From assembly GCA_004022145.1 (NCBI GenBank), contig RCNU01000005.1: DNA of 64,000 nucleotides, one strand, 5' to 3'. This DNA is from Paecilomyces variotii (lineage: Eukaryota). The translations under genes and the position numbers were made by a program. The notes under the pieces were generated by a model that ran no database searches, was not told the DNA's origin, and saw only the letters and a list, made by a program, of their open reading frames with translations. Every line of letters begins with the position of its first letter. Position 1 is the first letter of the stretch. Below, in pieces: positions 47,786 through 58,998 of this stretch.

Positions 47786-48856
47786 ATGCGCTCTGGGTTG
47801 CAGACTCCTGGAGTTATCCCGTTGCTCGCTCTCGTCGTCTTCGCACTGCTCAGCGTGGTACCGACGGCTTTGACGGCATGGGAGAGCTCCAGTGCACGTC
47901 CAAACTGGCTGGCATACCATGCCAATGACCTTCCACGTGCGTTACGAGACTTGGCCGCGTCGAATCCGACGCAGCGTTGGCTGATCCCGGAAGCTCCAGG
48001 CTCTGGTATGGAGGATGATGCATCCATCCTCGATGTCGACACCAGCGTCCAAGCGTTCTACATAGGAGATGGCTACGATGGCTTCTCCCGCGACTCCATC
48101 CTGTCCCCACGTCCCAAATATCACCTCCCCCAGGTGACCGTCAGCGAGTCTACCGATTCCAGGCCATTTGTGGCAGCAGAAACAATGAAACAAGACCTTG
48201 TGGAGGAAGCTACCGACAGCGTGACCGTCTTCTCTGGCCCTTTCCGTTCGTTGAGGACGTTCGTTTCCCATGGCTCTAAGGATAGCCGACTGGGACACCT
48301 GCTCCCTGGCCGGAACATGCTGTCGACCGTTTTCTCAGCGGTTGCAAACTCTTCTCACCAAGGGGTCCTTGCTGATCGGACAAGGGGCACTTCATGGACG
48401 ACAGGATCCAAACCGGACGGTAACCGCCTGGTCTCCGGCCTTCCGTTTCCTGGTAGTCTCTGTGAGACGTGGCAGCAGGTCTGTCACCTGGGAATGAGCG
48501 CTTGGGGCGACTGGGACCGCTCTGCCCTTCTTGCCATGTTCAACGGATGGATCGGTTCAAGCAAAAAGAACCCTGTTCATCACGAATCCCTTGGGAAGAG
48601 TCAATTCACGGTACATCGCCAAACAGAAGGCTCTGTACTCAGGAGTCAGTCGTCAACATATGACGAGACGGCCCACCCCTTATCGAAAGCCTCAAAAACT
48701 CACCTCTTCGATGCGTCGACTCTAACTCTTCCCCCTTCCACGAGCCCCACCGACCAGCCTAACGTCGCTGCTGGCGCTTCGACGAGTCCCAAGGAAATGC
48801 GTGGAAGCTGCATGGCCATCGTGATCGGCTTGGTAGTCGGGATCATGTGGTTTTAA
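47786..48856 (+). CDS. Hypothetical secreted or membrane-anchored protein (~356 aa)
   Basis: MRSGLQTPGVIPLLALVVFALLSVVPTALTA is signal-like; the body is S/T-rich; the C-terminus is a hydrophobic tail GSCMAIVIGLVVGIMWF*. The upstream part of the 553-aa ORF runs through microsatellites and is probably UTR. Confidence 0.6.
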   Translation: MRSGLQTPGVIPLLALVVFALLSVVPTALTAWESSSARPNWLAYHANDLPRALRDLAASNPTQRWLIPEAPGSGMEDDASILDVDTSVQAFYIGDGYDGFSRDSILSPRPKYHLPQVTVSESTDSRPFVAAETMKQDLVEEATDSVTVFSGPFRSLRTFVSHGSKDSRLGHLLPGRNMLSTVFSAVANSSHQGVLADRTRGTSWTTGSKPDGNRLVSGLPFPGSLCETWQQVCHLGMSAWGDWDRSALLAMFNGWIGSSKKNPVHHESLGKSQFTVHRQTEGSVLRSQSSTYDETAHPLSKASKTHLFDASTLTLPPSTSPTDQPNVAAGASTSPKEMRGSCMAIVIGLVVGIMWF

Positions 48857-50651
48857 ATGTCGCCAGCGCAACGGAACTATTCGCGTGTCTTCATATTCAA
48901 CACTTCATTGCATCTTTTGAACATTAACTTCTCGACCATGATGATCATGATAACGAACTAGCCTCTGCCTTTGGGAGCAGCTGGCTTTGTCACGCGTCCA
49001 CTGAACGAATCCAAGCAGTCTTGGAATTTCGAAGATTGAGTGGCGCGTATACCGATATATCCGTCTATTTGGCCACCTTGGACTTCCGGCGCATGCCCAA
49101 ATACAGCGTTCTATTCCCCATACATCTGCACCAATGGACAAGGCTTGGCCCCAGACGTGTTCTGTTGCATCGTCTATTTGCATCAAGGCCGGACCTGGCG
49201 TTTTCTCTTCTCTTTTTTGCCTAATACCCCAGTGCCTGGTGTGCGAAGGGCTCCGTCGCGTCTGCTTTTTCGCGGTCCTATCCACGCTAAGCGGGTAATT
49301 AATACCTTTTAATGATTGCATGTATACTGGCCTACTGTTGGGCGCTCTTTTCTCTATACGGCGTTGTCGTGTGATGCGATAGCGTGCTTTTTTTCTTTTT
49401 CTTTTTTTTTTTTGATGTTCATGTATGTTAGATAACCCCGAGCACGAGCTCTGTATGTAGCTAGTTACTACCTCGACGAGGCGAGGGATTGATGGATATA
49501 TAGGTCATGGATATATAGGTCAGGGAAATATTCAGATAATTTGGGTCGCGACACGAGCGCTTGGTGGGTCTTGCGGCATATCCCATGTTGAAACGAAGAT
49601 GAAGCCTGGATGTAACTAATATATACTTAATGTTTAGTTGTATATTAATAATGGAATGATGTATCTGGTATTATGTTTTGTAGTGATAGTTGCGCGAGCA
49701 TGTAGCACAACACCTAGGTCAAGCACTGCATTCCCTCAAGTAGATACCACTTTCAGCCAGAGTTTATCGTTGTAGAACCAGCACTCTCGATCACAGATAC
49801 ACGACTTGAGCATTGCGCATAGTACACGCTTTCTCTCCATATATCTCCAGGATAATAATCCTAGTGGCAAAGAGCTCTCAGATAAGATAAATGATACCCA
49901 GGCCTAAGTATCGAAGTCGGCCAGAACAACGGATTGATGAGCGTTTTCCTATGTGTACCCCTACCTCTTAGTTAACTAACTATTACCAATTCTCTGGTCT
50001 GTTTAGTTCGGGATTTTTTTTTTGGAAATAGTATCCATGGAAGGGGAAAGTTTTGTTGAAAAGTGAGCTGTGGATCTGTCAATCTATATTTCATCTACAT
50101 CTTAAGTACTACATATTGTATAAAGAATAAAGAGAGAGAGAAAGTTATCGAGATGAATCATCCGTCGCCATAAATAAAATAAATAAATGCAATAGGATAT
50201 ATCTAGATAGATAGATAGTTATATAGATACTGTGTTCCATACTACTAAGATGTCCCTGTCTCTATCCCTATCCCTGTCCCGGTCCCCATTTCTTATTTGT
50301 TACTTACTTAGTTAAGAGTATTCCCCCCCTCCTCGGCCGAATGTCCGAAGAAACTCCCACAGGTCAGGCCAGCTCACCCCGCGTTGTGGAAACCGGTCCA
50401 ACCCCGCAACGGTAGTAATTCTCGGGGGAACAGGGAGCGAGGGGTGGAACCGTGGGGGGTTTTTACTTGCTGTGTAGGTAGCTTTAAAAAGCTACATAGC
50501 TATCTTTCTTTCCTGCTTGTGCCATTATTGGTAAGAGTAGGATAAACCCTAGGACCTAGGACGCAGGATATTTGGGAATCTCTCTGTTTCGGGGAAACAG
50601 GGTTTACTAACTACGAATTTCAACGGGGGTGATTCGATCAAAGTGAATAGC

Positions 50652-51702
50652 ATGGCGATGCAGGCGGCGAACCGTCTACAGAAGGCTCTGCGTACTGAGC
50701 GCGGCTTGTCCTTCGGAGCGTGGCAGATGCTTCCTGGTGCGAATCATGCTAGGTTGATGGCGAGGAGTGGATATGATTGGATTTGTGTCGATACGGAGCA
50801 CGGGAACATTGCTGGTACGTTCGTGGACTTTGTTACAAGGTGCTATACTTATCTATGACTAGACTGGCAAATGCACGAGGCCGTCGCGGCAATTGCGGCC
50901 ACTGGAGTCAGCCCGATTGTGCGAATTGCAGCAAACGAAGGATGGATGGTGAAGAGTGAGTGAGATCTGTTCTTCTATAACTAGTGGATGGATGTTGGCT
51001 GATGTTACGGTAGGAGCGCTGGATGCTGGCGCACATGGCATTGTTGTCCCTCTTCTATATACAGCAGATGACGCCCGAAGACTGGTTGAGTCGGCCAAGT
51101 TCCCTCCTGTTGGACGCAGAGGGTTCGGAAGCCCTTTCGCTATGGGGTCGACGGGCAACGTGTCGGGAATAGAGTATCTGCAGCAGGCAAACGACGCCTT
51201 GCTTACGATAGTGCAGATCGAGACGAAGGAGGCTCTGGAAAACGTACGATATGTTTTTTTGCCCTAGTTTTGTCCTCGTGAACAAGGCTAACCGTCAAAA
51301 TCCAGGTGGAGGAAATTGCGAAGGTGCCTGGCATTGATGTCCTCTTCGTCGGTCCATGGGATCTTGGAAACAACATTGGCCGTCCTGTGCTTGGCGCCTT
51401 TCACGATGACCTGAACGCCGCCATTGAGCGTATCCGGAAGGCTGCCACAGATGCGGGAAAGAGAGCCGGAATCTATGCTGTAGGCGGAGAGGCCGCAAAG
51501 CAGTACGCAGACCAGGGCTTCCACATGGTAGGTTTCAGCTTCGCTGTCGACACATTTCATTGGTGATCGCGACACCTTTTGCTAACAAAGTATCCTCCAG
51601 ATCTCAGTTGTTGCAGATGCCGTTGCTCTCCCAAGTTATCTCTCAAATGCGCTGGAAACTGCTCAGGGGGGCAAGAGTGGTGCCGCTATTCCGACATATT
51701 AG
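50652..51702 (+). CDS. HpcH/HpaI aldolase/citrate lyase family protein, 5 exons
   Basis: FGAWQMLPG, GYDWICVDTEHG, ALDAGAHGIVVP, KFPPVGRRGFGS, IVQIET and IDVLFVGPWDL; last exon ISVVAD...PTY* ends at 51702. Confidence 0.9.
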
Positions 51703-51774
51703 ACGTCGATTGTTGAGCTGCTCGACAGCTTTTAGGAAATGAATGTCTCATCTTTGGGCGCAAAGCGGTAGAAA

Positions 51775-52086
51775 CTATTTGGACACTTCATTGACAGCTT
51801 CTTCGACCTCCTGCTCTGTAAATCTGTGGAATAGCTTCTTCGGATCGGACAACTCGCTGTTGGCCTTTGTCTCCGTCTGCACATGGAGAACAGGAACGTC
51901 GAACTCGTAGACATCTTTCCAGGCCTTATTTCCAGGCTCCATTATGTCCACCTCGGAATAATGCAACGGCTTCTTCGCAAGGAATTTGCTCACATTGTGC
52001 TTCGCGGTATCGCAGAGGCCGCAGCCCGCACGTGTAAACAGTGTCAGGCGGACGGCCTGACTGAAGAGAACTCTCGTAGCAAACAT
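51775..52086 (-). CDS. Glutaredoxin-like DUF836 protein (yeast Mgp12/YDR286C-like), probably mitochondrial
   Basis: MFATRVL presequence-like start, LTLFTRAGCGLCD (CxxC), YEFDVPVLH and KLFHRF. Confidence 0.85.
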   Translation of the reverse strand: MFATRVLFSQAVRLTLFTRAGCGLCDTAKHNVSKFLAKKPLHYSEVDIMEPGNKAWKDVYEFDVPVLHVQTETKANSELSDPKKLFHRFTEQEVEEAVNEVSK

Positions 52087-52416
52087 CGTTCTGGTTGAAC
52101 GTCGCCGTGATTCACACACCTATTGGACGGCAAGAGACTGGCAATAATGCCTCAGCACTGACGGACGCGGGGATGCTTCCAACTTTCGAGGGATACTCGC
52201 CGGGAAAACCGCGGGAGGATAGGATGGAATCTTCGAGTTGCCCAAGCTAACCCGATTGGACAATATTGCCCATTGCCCGCGGCGCGCTCGCCGCAATATC
52301 CAAGAGCAACCAGAAAAACCACTTCTACAGCCTTCCATCTTCCACGTCTGAAAAGGAGATATTGCTGCTATTCTACCGTTCTCGGATCAATCGCGTACTG
52401 CAGCGAGTCTGCCACC

Positions 52417-53558
52417 ATGGCATCAAAGTGCGTGCACAAGGGATGTGGGAAGGTCTTCACCGACCCCGAGGAGGAATGTGTCTATCATCCCGGTCCCCCA
52501 GTTTTCCACGAAGGTCAAAAAGGTAAGGACCTTGGAGCCCGGGAGTTTAATCGCTGGTTGTTCTGCTGCGAGAGGTTCCACGTCAAACAGGCTCACTGAC
52601 AGTTGATCGGAAATTTACCAGGCTGGAAATGCTGCAAGCCCCGCGTTTTGACATTTGATGAGTTCCTCGCGATTCCTCCCTGTACGACAGGCAAGCATTC
52701 TACTGTCGACGACACACCTGCAGAGCCTGAGAAGACTGAGAAGACACCGGCTTCTGAGGAAATTTCACTGCCTGAACGCCCTGCTGTCCAGCCTACTCCT
52801 GTTCCTCAAACAGCGCCGACTCCCACCCCGGCGCCCGCTCCCGCGCAAGAAGAGTCTGAGGAAGATGATCCCTCGCTCGAGATTCCTGCGAATGCCACCT
52901 GCAAACGGAGAGGCTGCAATGCGACATATGACGCCTCAGTGCCAAGAGATGAGGAAAAGTGTGTGCATCACCCTGGCCAGCCAATCTTCCATGAGGGTAG
53001 CAAAGGGTGGTCATGCTGCAAGAGGCGGGTGCTGGAGTTTGACGAGTTCATGAAGATCCAGGGATGCAAGGAGAAGACGAGACATCTCTTTGTTGGCAAG
53101 GGAAAGCCTGCTGGCGAAGAGAAGGTGGAGAGCGTCAGGTAAGATACCAGCCATTCGACCTAAAACCTCCGCATGTTACGAGATGTGAACATGCGAGCAA
53201 ACAGTAAATGAAGTAACCAAGTCTAATGCCTTTTATCTACTGCAGGAACGATTTCTACCAGACAGCTACCTCCGTGATCGCGTCCCTCTTCCTCAAGAAG
53301 ATCGACAAGGACAAGGCCAAGATCGAGTTCTCATCCCAGAAGGTCGAGTTCGACTTGCCAACCACCGACAACAAGCGTTACAAGGACACCTATAACCTCT
53401 TTGCCTCCATTGATCCGGAGAAGTCCCAGTACAAGGTCCTGGGAACGAAGCTGGAGCTGACTCTGGCCAAGGCGGATGGGACCAGCTGGCCGGTGTTGCG
53501 CAGCGATGATCGGTGGACTGGAGAGCGTATCCAGGTTGGTCGCGCCGGCCGGGTATGA
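52417..53558 (+). CDS. chpA: CHORD-CHORD-CS domain Hsp90 co-chaperone (Chp-1/RAR1-like), 3 exons
   Basis: CVHKGCGK...[20 protein letters not shown], a second CHORD CKRRGC...HPGQPIFHEGSKGWSCC, and CS domain RNDFYQT...GTKLELTLAKADGTSWP. Confidence 0.92.
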
Positions 53559-55188
53559 CGAATTTAAGCTGTTGGAACGAGTGAGGTGTATGGACATTGT
53601 ATGACCGAAAGATGAGCATGGGAGAGGAGTTCAGGGTTGGTTGATATCCGTGTTACGGGATTGGTTCTCATTTCAGACATGAGGGATCCTTGTTCTCTCA
53701 GTTGTCCCTGAAATATATAGTAATTTCAGTGATGTTCAGGACTTATTATTTCTCGCAGACATCTTGTATGAATAGATAATGCCATGATGCTCCGCCTAAG
53801 GTCGGACCTTGAAGACAGATATGATAACATGAGGCAAGAGTCTTGCAACTAAGAGTTGGACCATTTTTTAAGATCTACTTCTACCTCGAAATCAGACTAC
53901 AGTCAAGTCTGTTCAAGGTCGCTGCAAGAACCTTGCCTACAAATTACTTAGTGAGCCGCATCTGGCATTTCAATTTAATAGGCAGGATAACACGGAGTGT
54001 CACGCCCCCTCCACAGCTAAAGCGCATGGGGATCTTTTCGTGAGAAGAGAAGCCCTAACCCAGCCATATGTGGAAAGGGAAAAAGGGAAGCGCACGCCCA
54101 AAAGGACATTGCTCTGCGAAGCCGGGAACGGAAGGAAACCCATCGGGTAATAGGAATAACCCTCAGCACGCCGCATTTGCGGAGCTCCGGTAAGATTTAC
54201 ATGGTCTGTAAACCTCTACTGATGATGGAGAAAAAAAAGGAAAAGAAATTCGCAGAGAGCGGGCGCGGTCAGCGGGATTTTATAGAGGTTGAGGCAGTGG
54301 GGCTGCGCTAGCGTGTCTTGGATTCGCTTATGGGATTTCAGTTTTCAGTCATAGTGACAAGTTACGGTGTTCAGTAAAGACATACAATGCAGGGTTAGGG
54401 CTATAGACACACGTGATGATATATCTGTTCTATTGCTGCCTCAGGTGTCATTTATTGATTCCTGAGGAGTGGGGAGTGGCAACAATCACATGCCAACGAA
54501 AGCCAAGGACGTCTCAGGAAGAAGAAGAAGAAAATCATTTGGTACGGGCAGTTCGTGAGCGGCAATGATGTAGGTTGTTTAGCCGTGGAGTGAATACCAT
54601 ACTCTATGATACGTATTAATACCAGTACTCAGGATAGAGTGATCGACCGTGGGGTCTGCCATGAAGTTCCTCCTCGTGTGCCTCGTGCCTCGTGGGCGAC
54701 GATAGATGGCAGATACAATGGTCATTTTATGGGGCCCTTAGCGTCCTTCGGGGTCTCCCCAATCGTCGTCCAGGGGCACGAGACCAACTCCTCCATCTTC
54801 CCAACAACCCCCCTCTCACCACGATCGCATCAATTGCCGGCCAATTTGTGCTTTCGTCTTTCTGATCATCTTCTTTCTCATCAGAGTCATATACGAATAA
54901 CATACCTGTCTGGAATTCCTCATCTATAAGGTTAGTTTACTCGTTTTCTTTGCGACGGTTTGTCTTCCGCTCTGGAGAGAGTGTCGGATGACTTCAGTTT
55001 GCAGACTGTACTTTCCCCATCCGATATGATCCCCGTGAGCCTGTTCTGCAGATATTTGCCTATCTCTACTCAACAAGAGGCTATTAAGCTCTCCTGGCTA
55101 ACTTGGACAGAGCAGCCTAGAGACCAGGACAAACCCCCCAGTCCTCTCCTAAAACTATAGCACAAAGGACGAACATCGACTTTCCACG

Positions 55189-56688
55189 ATGGGTTCCTTC
55201 GAAAAAACAACGGAACACGCGCCCAGGTATATTGCGCAGTCATACAATCATGCAGACTCGCAAGCATCCGCGCTCAGGCTGGTGCTGACCCTCAACCCGC
55301 ACTGGGAGGGCCCTGAGAACAAGATCGAGTTGGTGCGATTCACGGATGGCATAACTAACACTGTGTGTTCCTAGAATCCTAGAAATATCGGGACCATTGG
55401 GCGCTTTGCTAACTGTGCTTAGCTATTGAAAATCGTGAACCGGAAGCCCGGTTTGACGGACGAGGATATAGACAATGAGGCAGTACTGATGCGTGCGTAT
55501 GGTAACCACACGGAGATCCTCATAGACCGCGAGAGTAAGCCCGCCTCCTAAGCTCTTCCTGCCCAATGCGACAACGAGCTGAGTAGAACTTCGTCATGGA
55601 TAGGAGAGACCAACTCCCACGCTCTTCTCGCCAGGCGTGGCCTTGCTCCCCCGCTTCTGGCGCGCTTCCAGAATGGCCTGTTATACCGATTCCTTCGCGG
55701 TCGAGTTGCTGCTCCTACAGACTTGGTGAAGCCTGCGGTCTGGCGAGGGATTGCAAGACGACTGGGCCAGTGGCATGCTGTCCTCCCAATTAATGAAACG
55801 CCTTCGTCCACTTCCACGGAAACGGGACTCCCCTCCCGGCCACTAGATGTCGATTCGCAAGACGAGCAAGAACCTAATAAGGCCGATGATATAGTTCCAA
55901 TCCAGCCCAGACAGCCCGGTACGAACATCTGGACCGTTATCCAGCGATGGATTCTGGCTTTGCCAACCCAGAATGAGGAGCAGCGCCTACGGAGACGTAA
56001 CTTGCAGACGGAGTTTGAGAAGATTGTCGCTGAACTGGACGATGGAACTGGGATCGGCCAAGGAGGGGTATTTACACCCCTACTCTCTTGGTAGACTCTT
56101 GCTAACAGACACAGCTGGTCTTCGGCCACTGCGACCTTCTTAGTGCGAATGTCATCATCCTCCCACGAAAGGACGGTGCCTCCACACCTCAAGACGGCGT
56201 TGAAAAGGTCAACTTTATCGACTATGAGTATGCCACGCCCTCTCCCGCGGCATTTGATATTGCGAATCACTTTGCGGAGTGGGGTGGTTACGACTGTGAC
56301 TACAACATGATGCCTACTCAATCTGTTCGTAGAGAATTCCTGAAGGAATACGTCACAGCATACAGTCAACACGGAGGAATCCCCGAATCAGCCGTGGATG
56401 AAACTGTCGACAAGCTCTACATGGACGTGGATCGATTCCGTGGCATTCCCGGCTTCTATTGGTAAGAATATTCCGCGTCGGACTAGGAGACATCGTATTG
56501 ATCAAGGATATAGGGGAGTGTGGTCTCTGATCCAAGCAACAATCTCTCAGATCGACTTTGACTACGCCTCATATGCCGAGGTCCGTCTAGGCGAATACTG
56601 GGCCTGGCGTCGCGAGCTCGATGGGTCTCGTGCTCGTGCAGGAGAAGAGATGCCATTGCGAGAACGCCGCTGGGCCCAGGAAGCCTAA
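55189..56688 (+). CDS. eki1: Ethanolamine/choline kinase, multi-exon
   Basis: FTDGITNT, VLMRAYGNHTEILIDR, APPLLARFQNG, LVFGHCDLLSANVI (Brenner motif), FIDYEYA, AFDIANHFAEWGG, GFYWGVWSLIQ and SQIDFDY. Confidence 0.92.
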
Positions 56689-57313
56689 GCCTGCCGTTCC
56701 TTACGAGTCCCTTGCATCTTCGATTATACATCTTCGTCTTGCGGTTTACTTTCGTTTGTACATAATCATGCAGTACATACGGTATCTGGGTCCGTTCCGG
56801 TGGTTGCGAGCCACGACAGCGACGAGGATTTCAACAATGCTCCTCTTGAAAGAAGCCATGCAGGACGTGGAGTGCTCATACAGTTTCATCAAAATTCGAA
56901 GACCCTTCCAGAGTGATATGACAAATCGACTCTGTACTGGACAAAAGGAGAAGACGGTAATACGGCATGGAGTTTGTCTTCAACAACTTACGATACCCGA
57001 GTAATTGAAAAGAAAAGGATCATGTGTGTATACATGAATCGAATGAACACAGTGTTTCTATGCAGGTTCGCAAAAATATTGGACTATTGTTCATTTCTTG
57101 TCCGACCTATTGGTGTTATAATTGGGACATAGAACAGAGTAATAAATTTCTTTTGGATGAACATCAAGCAAGTAGGATTGCTCTAAGGGGCTAACCAGTG
57201 TTGAAGTCTACCAAAAACAGCAAAATGAGGCCCGAAATATATCAAAGATTTGAAGGGACCAGCCCTTTACAGCCAACTGCGCCAAACCACATGATGCGAC
57301 ACAATACCAGCGC

Positions 57314-58306
57314 TCAAAACTCTAGAGCGGGATTCTTCTCAGACGTGCAGCCACCTCCAGCAATATCTTTGGACCAATCGTAGATCCCCCCGCGCTTCTG
57401 GAAGCTCTCTTCATCCCAGTAAACCTGCTCCAGAGCGCGCTGAGCACCCACATCAAGTATCGATTCCGTCGGCGCGCCGGTCCCCTTGTTCAGGAATCGC
57501 ATATATTCATCGAGGATCAAATAAGAGCTGCGCATCACATCGTTCGGCTCCGGAACGAAGAACGAGTTATGCGAATGTCTATCGCAAAACTGCTGAAACT
57601 CCTCATCAGTGATCATGAACCGTCGTGCATCCCGGATCGTAGACGTGGAATCATTCTCCCCTTCAATGATCAGAACCTGGAAGCACTTCCACCGGAACGG
57701 CTGAATGGAGTTCATCTGCTCATTCATATCTTCATGAACATTATACCGGTTAACGACCGTATTAACCTTGAACTTCACACCGTACTTCCGACACAACCGC
57801 GCTACTTCCTGTACTTGCTCCAAATGCGCCCCCTTCCCACGACCAATCTGGACATTGACACTCTCATCGAAGGAATCGCACGAAACGGCAATGATATCAA
57901 TATGCTTCGCAGACCGCACCATGAACTTCTCCGTCAATTTGCTCCCGTTCGTCACGATCGATACCGACTCTAACTTCAATTCCTCCTTGCAGAAAGCAAC
58001 CAATTTACTCAAAAGTCGCGGGTAGAGGAGCGGTTCGCCTCCAGCGAAGTTGATCTTCCTCATACCGGCCTTTTTCAACATCCAGAGGCCGCGCTGCATG
58101 TTCTCGAAGGACTCGACGTGGGATGTTTTCTCTGTATGAAAGCAGAAACCGCATTCGTAGTTGCATTTGCGAGAAAAATGGAAGTTGACAGATAAGGGGA
58201 TGACTTTGGTGGAGCTGAGATTGGTATTTTGGAAGATTATCCATAGGAGGAAGGGGATGAGGGTCCCAAGGACGGCGGATGTGAAGAGAGCTTGTAGCAA
58301 ATCCAT
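57314..58306 (-). CDS. rsad2: Viperin (RSAD2)-like radical SAM ddhNTP synthase, 330 aa, intronless
   Basis: N-terminal hydrophobic helix; SVNFHFSRKCNYECGFCFHT (CxxxCxxC), KINFAGGEP, SIVTNGS, IIAVSCDSF, IGRGKG, FKVNTVVNRYN, RWKCFQVL, NDVMRSSYLILDEYMRFL and FQKRGGIYDWS, which together form the viperin signature. Confidence 0.95.
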   Translation of the reverse strand: MDLLQALFTSAVLGTLIPFLLWIIFQNTNLSSTKVIPLSVNFHFSRKCNYECGFCFHTEKTSHVESFENMQRGLWMLKKAGMRKINFAGGEPLLYPRLLSKLVAFCKEELKLESVSIVTNGSKLTEKFMVRSAKHIDIIAVSCDSFDESVNVQIGRGKGAHLEQVQEVARLCRKYGVKFKVNTVVNRYNVHEDMNEQMNSIQPFRWKCFQVLIIEGENDSTSTIRDARRFMITDEEFQQFCDRHSHNSFFVPEPNDVMRSSYLILDEYMRFLNKGTGAPTESILDVGAQRALEQVYWDEESFQKRGGIYDWSKDIAGGGCTSEKNPALEF

Positions 58307-58380
58307 GCTGAAGAAGAGGGATATGATGATGAAGTGGGGTTTGTATTTGTCTATCGGAGAATCAGGAAGAGGGATGATGG

Positions 58381-58388
58381 TATTTATA
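58381..58388 (-). promoter_or_regulatory. TATA box upstream of viperin
   Basis: TATAAATA on the minus strand about 75 nt upstream of the ATG at 58306. Confidence 0.5.
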
Positions 58389-58998
58389 CGACCCTTCTTG
58401 CTCTCTGGAGCTCTTCAGGGGAACAAAGGGCAGGTATTTTGCCTTTTGTGACAATGAAAGTCATAAGCATGTAAGAGTTAATAAGACTCATTCAATTGTT
58501 CTCTGCGTAGGGTTTTATCAGCTGTATTATCAGTGACATGACTATCTATTTGCGGTTATATCCGCATCAACAACAAAAATAGGTGCTTAGTTGTTTCACT
58601 GAAACATCGCATGCGGATCCCAGAGTCTAATGGTTTGAGCAATTTTCAGTTTGTCTCTGTGGAGATGTCGGGGAGCATGAGGCGGTAAAGTCCTGCATTG
58701 TAATATCCTCAAAAAGGATCAAGCTTCTATATTTCTATATTGTTTTCTTTCTCTAGACTGATCTGCGATACGTAGTTCTAGTGGGTTTCAGAACCTAGCT
58801 TCTCCTTTCTCTTTTGTTCGAATGTCTCGTAAATGTTTGTATAATTTGAAGCGAACAATCACTTGATGGTTTCCCAGGACGCCTATGAGAAGAAAAGGGA
58901 AAGGAAAAAACGCATGCTGATCTGTTTCATCGAATGGGTCGATTCTATCCATATCATCTATATACAACACTATATACAACTTCTATATACATTACTTC

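Noticed and set aside
49491-49521. Direct repeat ATGGATATATAGGTC x2
   Set aside because: A simple two-copy tandem duplication in 3' intergenic DNA; not an array, and CRISPR is not applicable in this eukaryotic context.
55548-56372. 274-aa minus-strand ORF
   Set aside because: Antisense to the ethanolamine kinase exons, with no recognisable domain.
55189-56688. Ethanolamine kinase as a member of the viperin cluster
   Set aside because: It looks like the canonical Kennedy-pathway housekeeping enzyme, converges on viperin, and fits the upstream housekeeping block; only adjacency supports inclusion.
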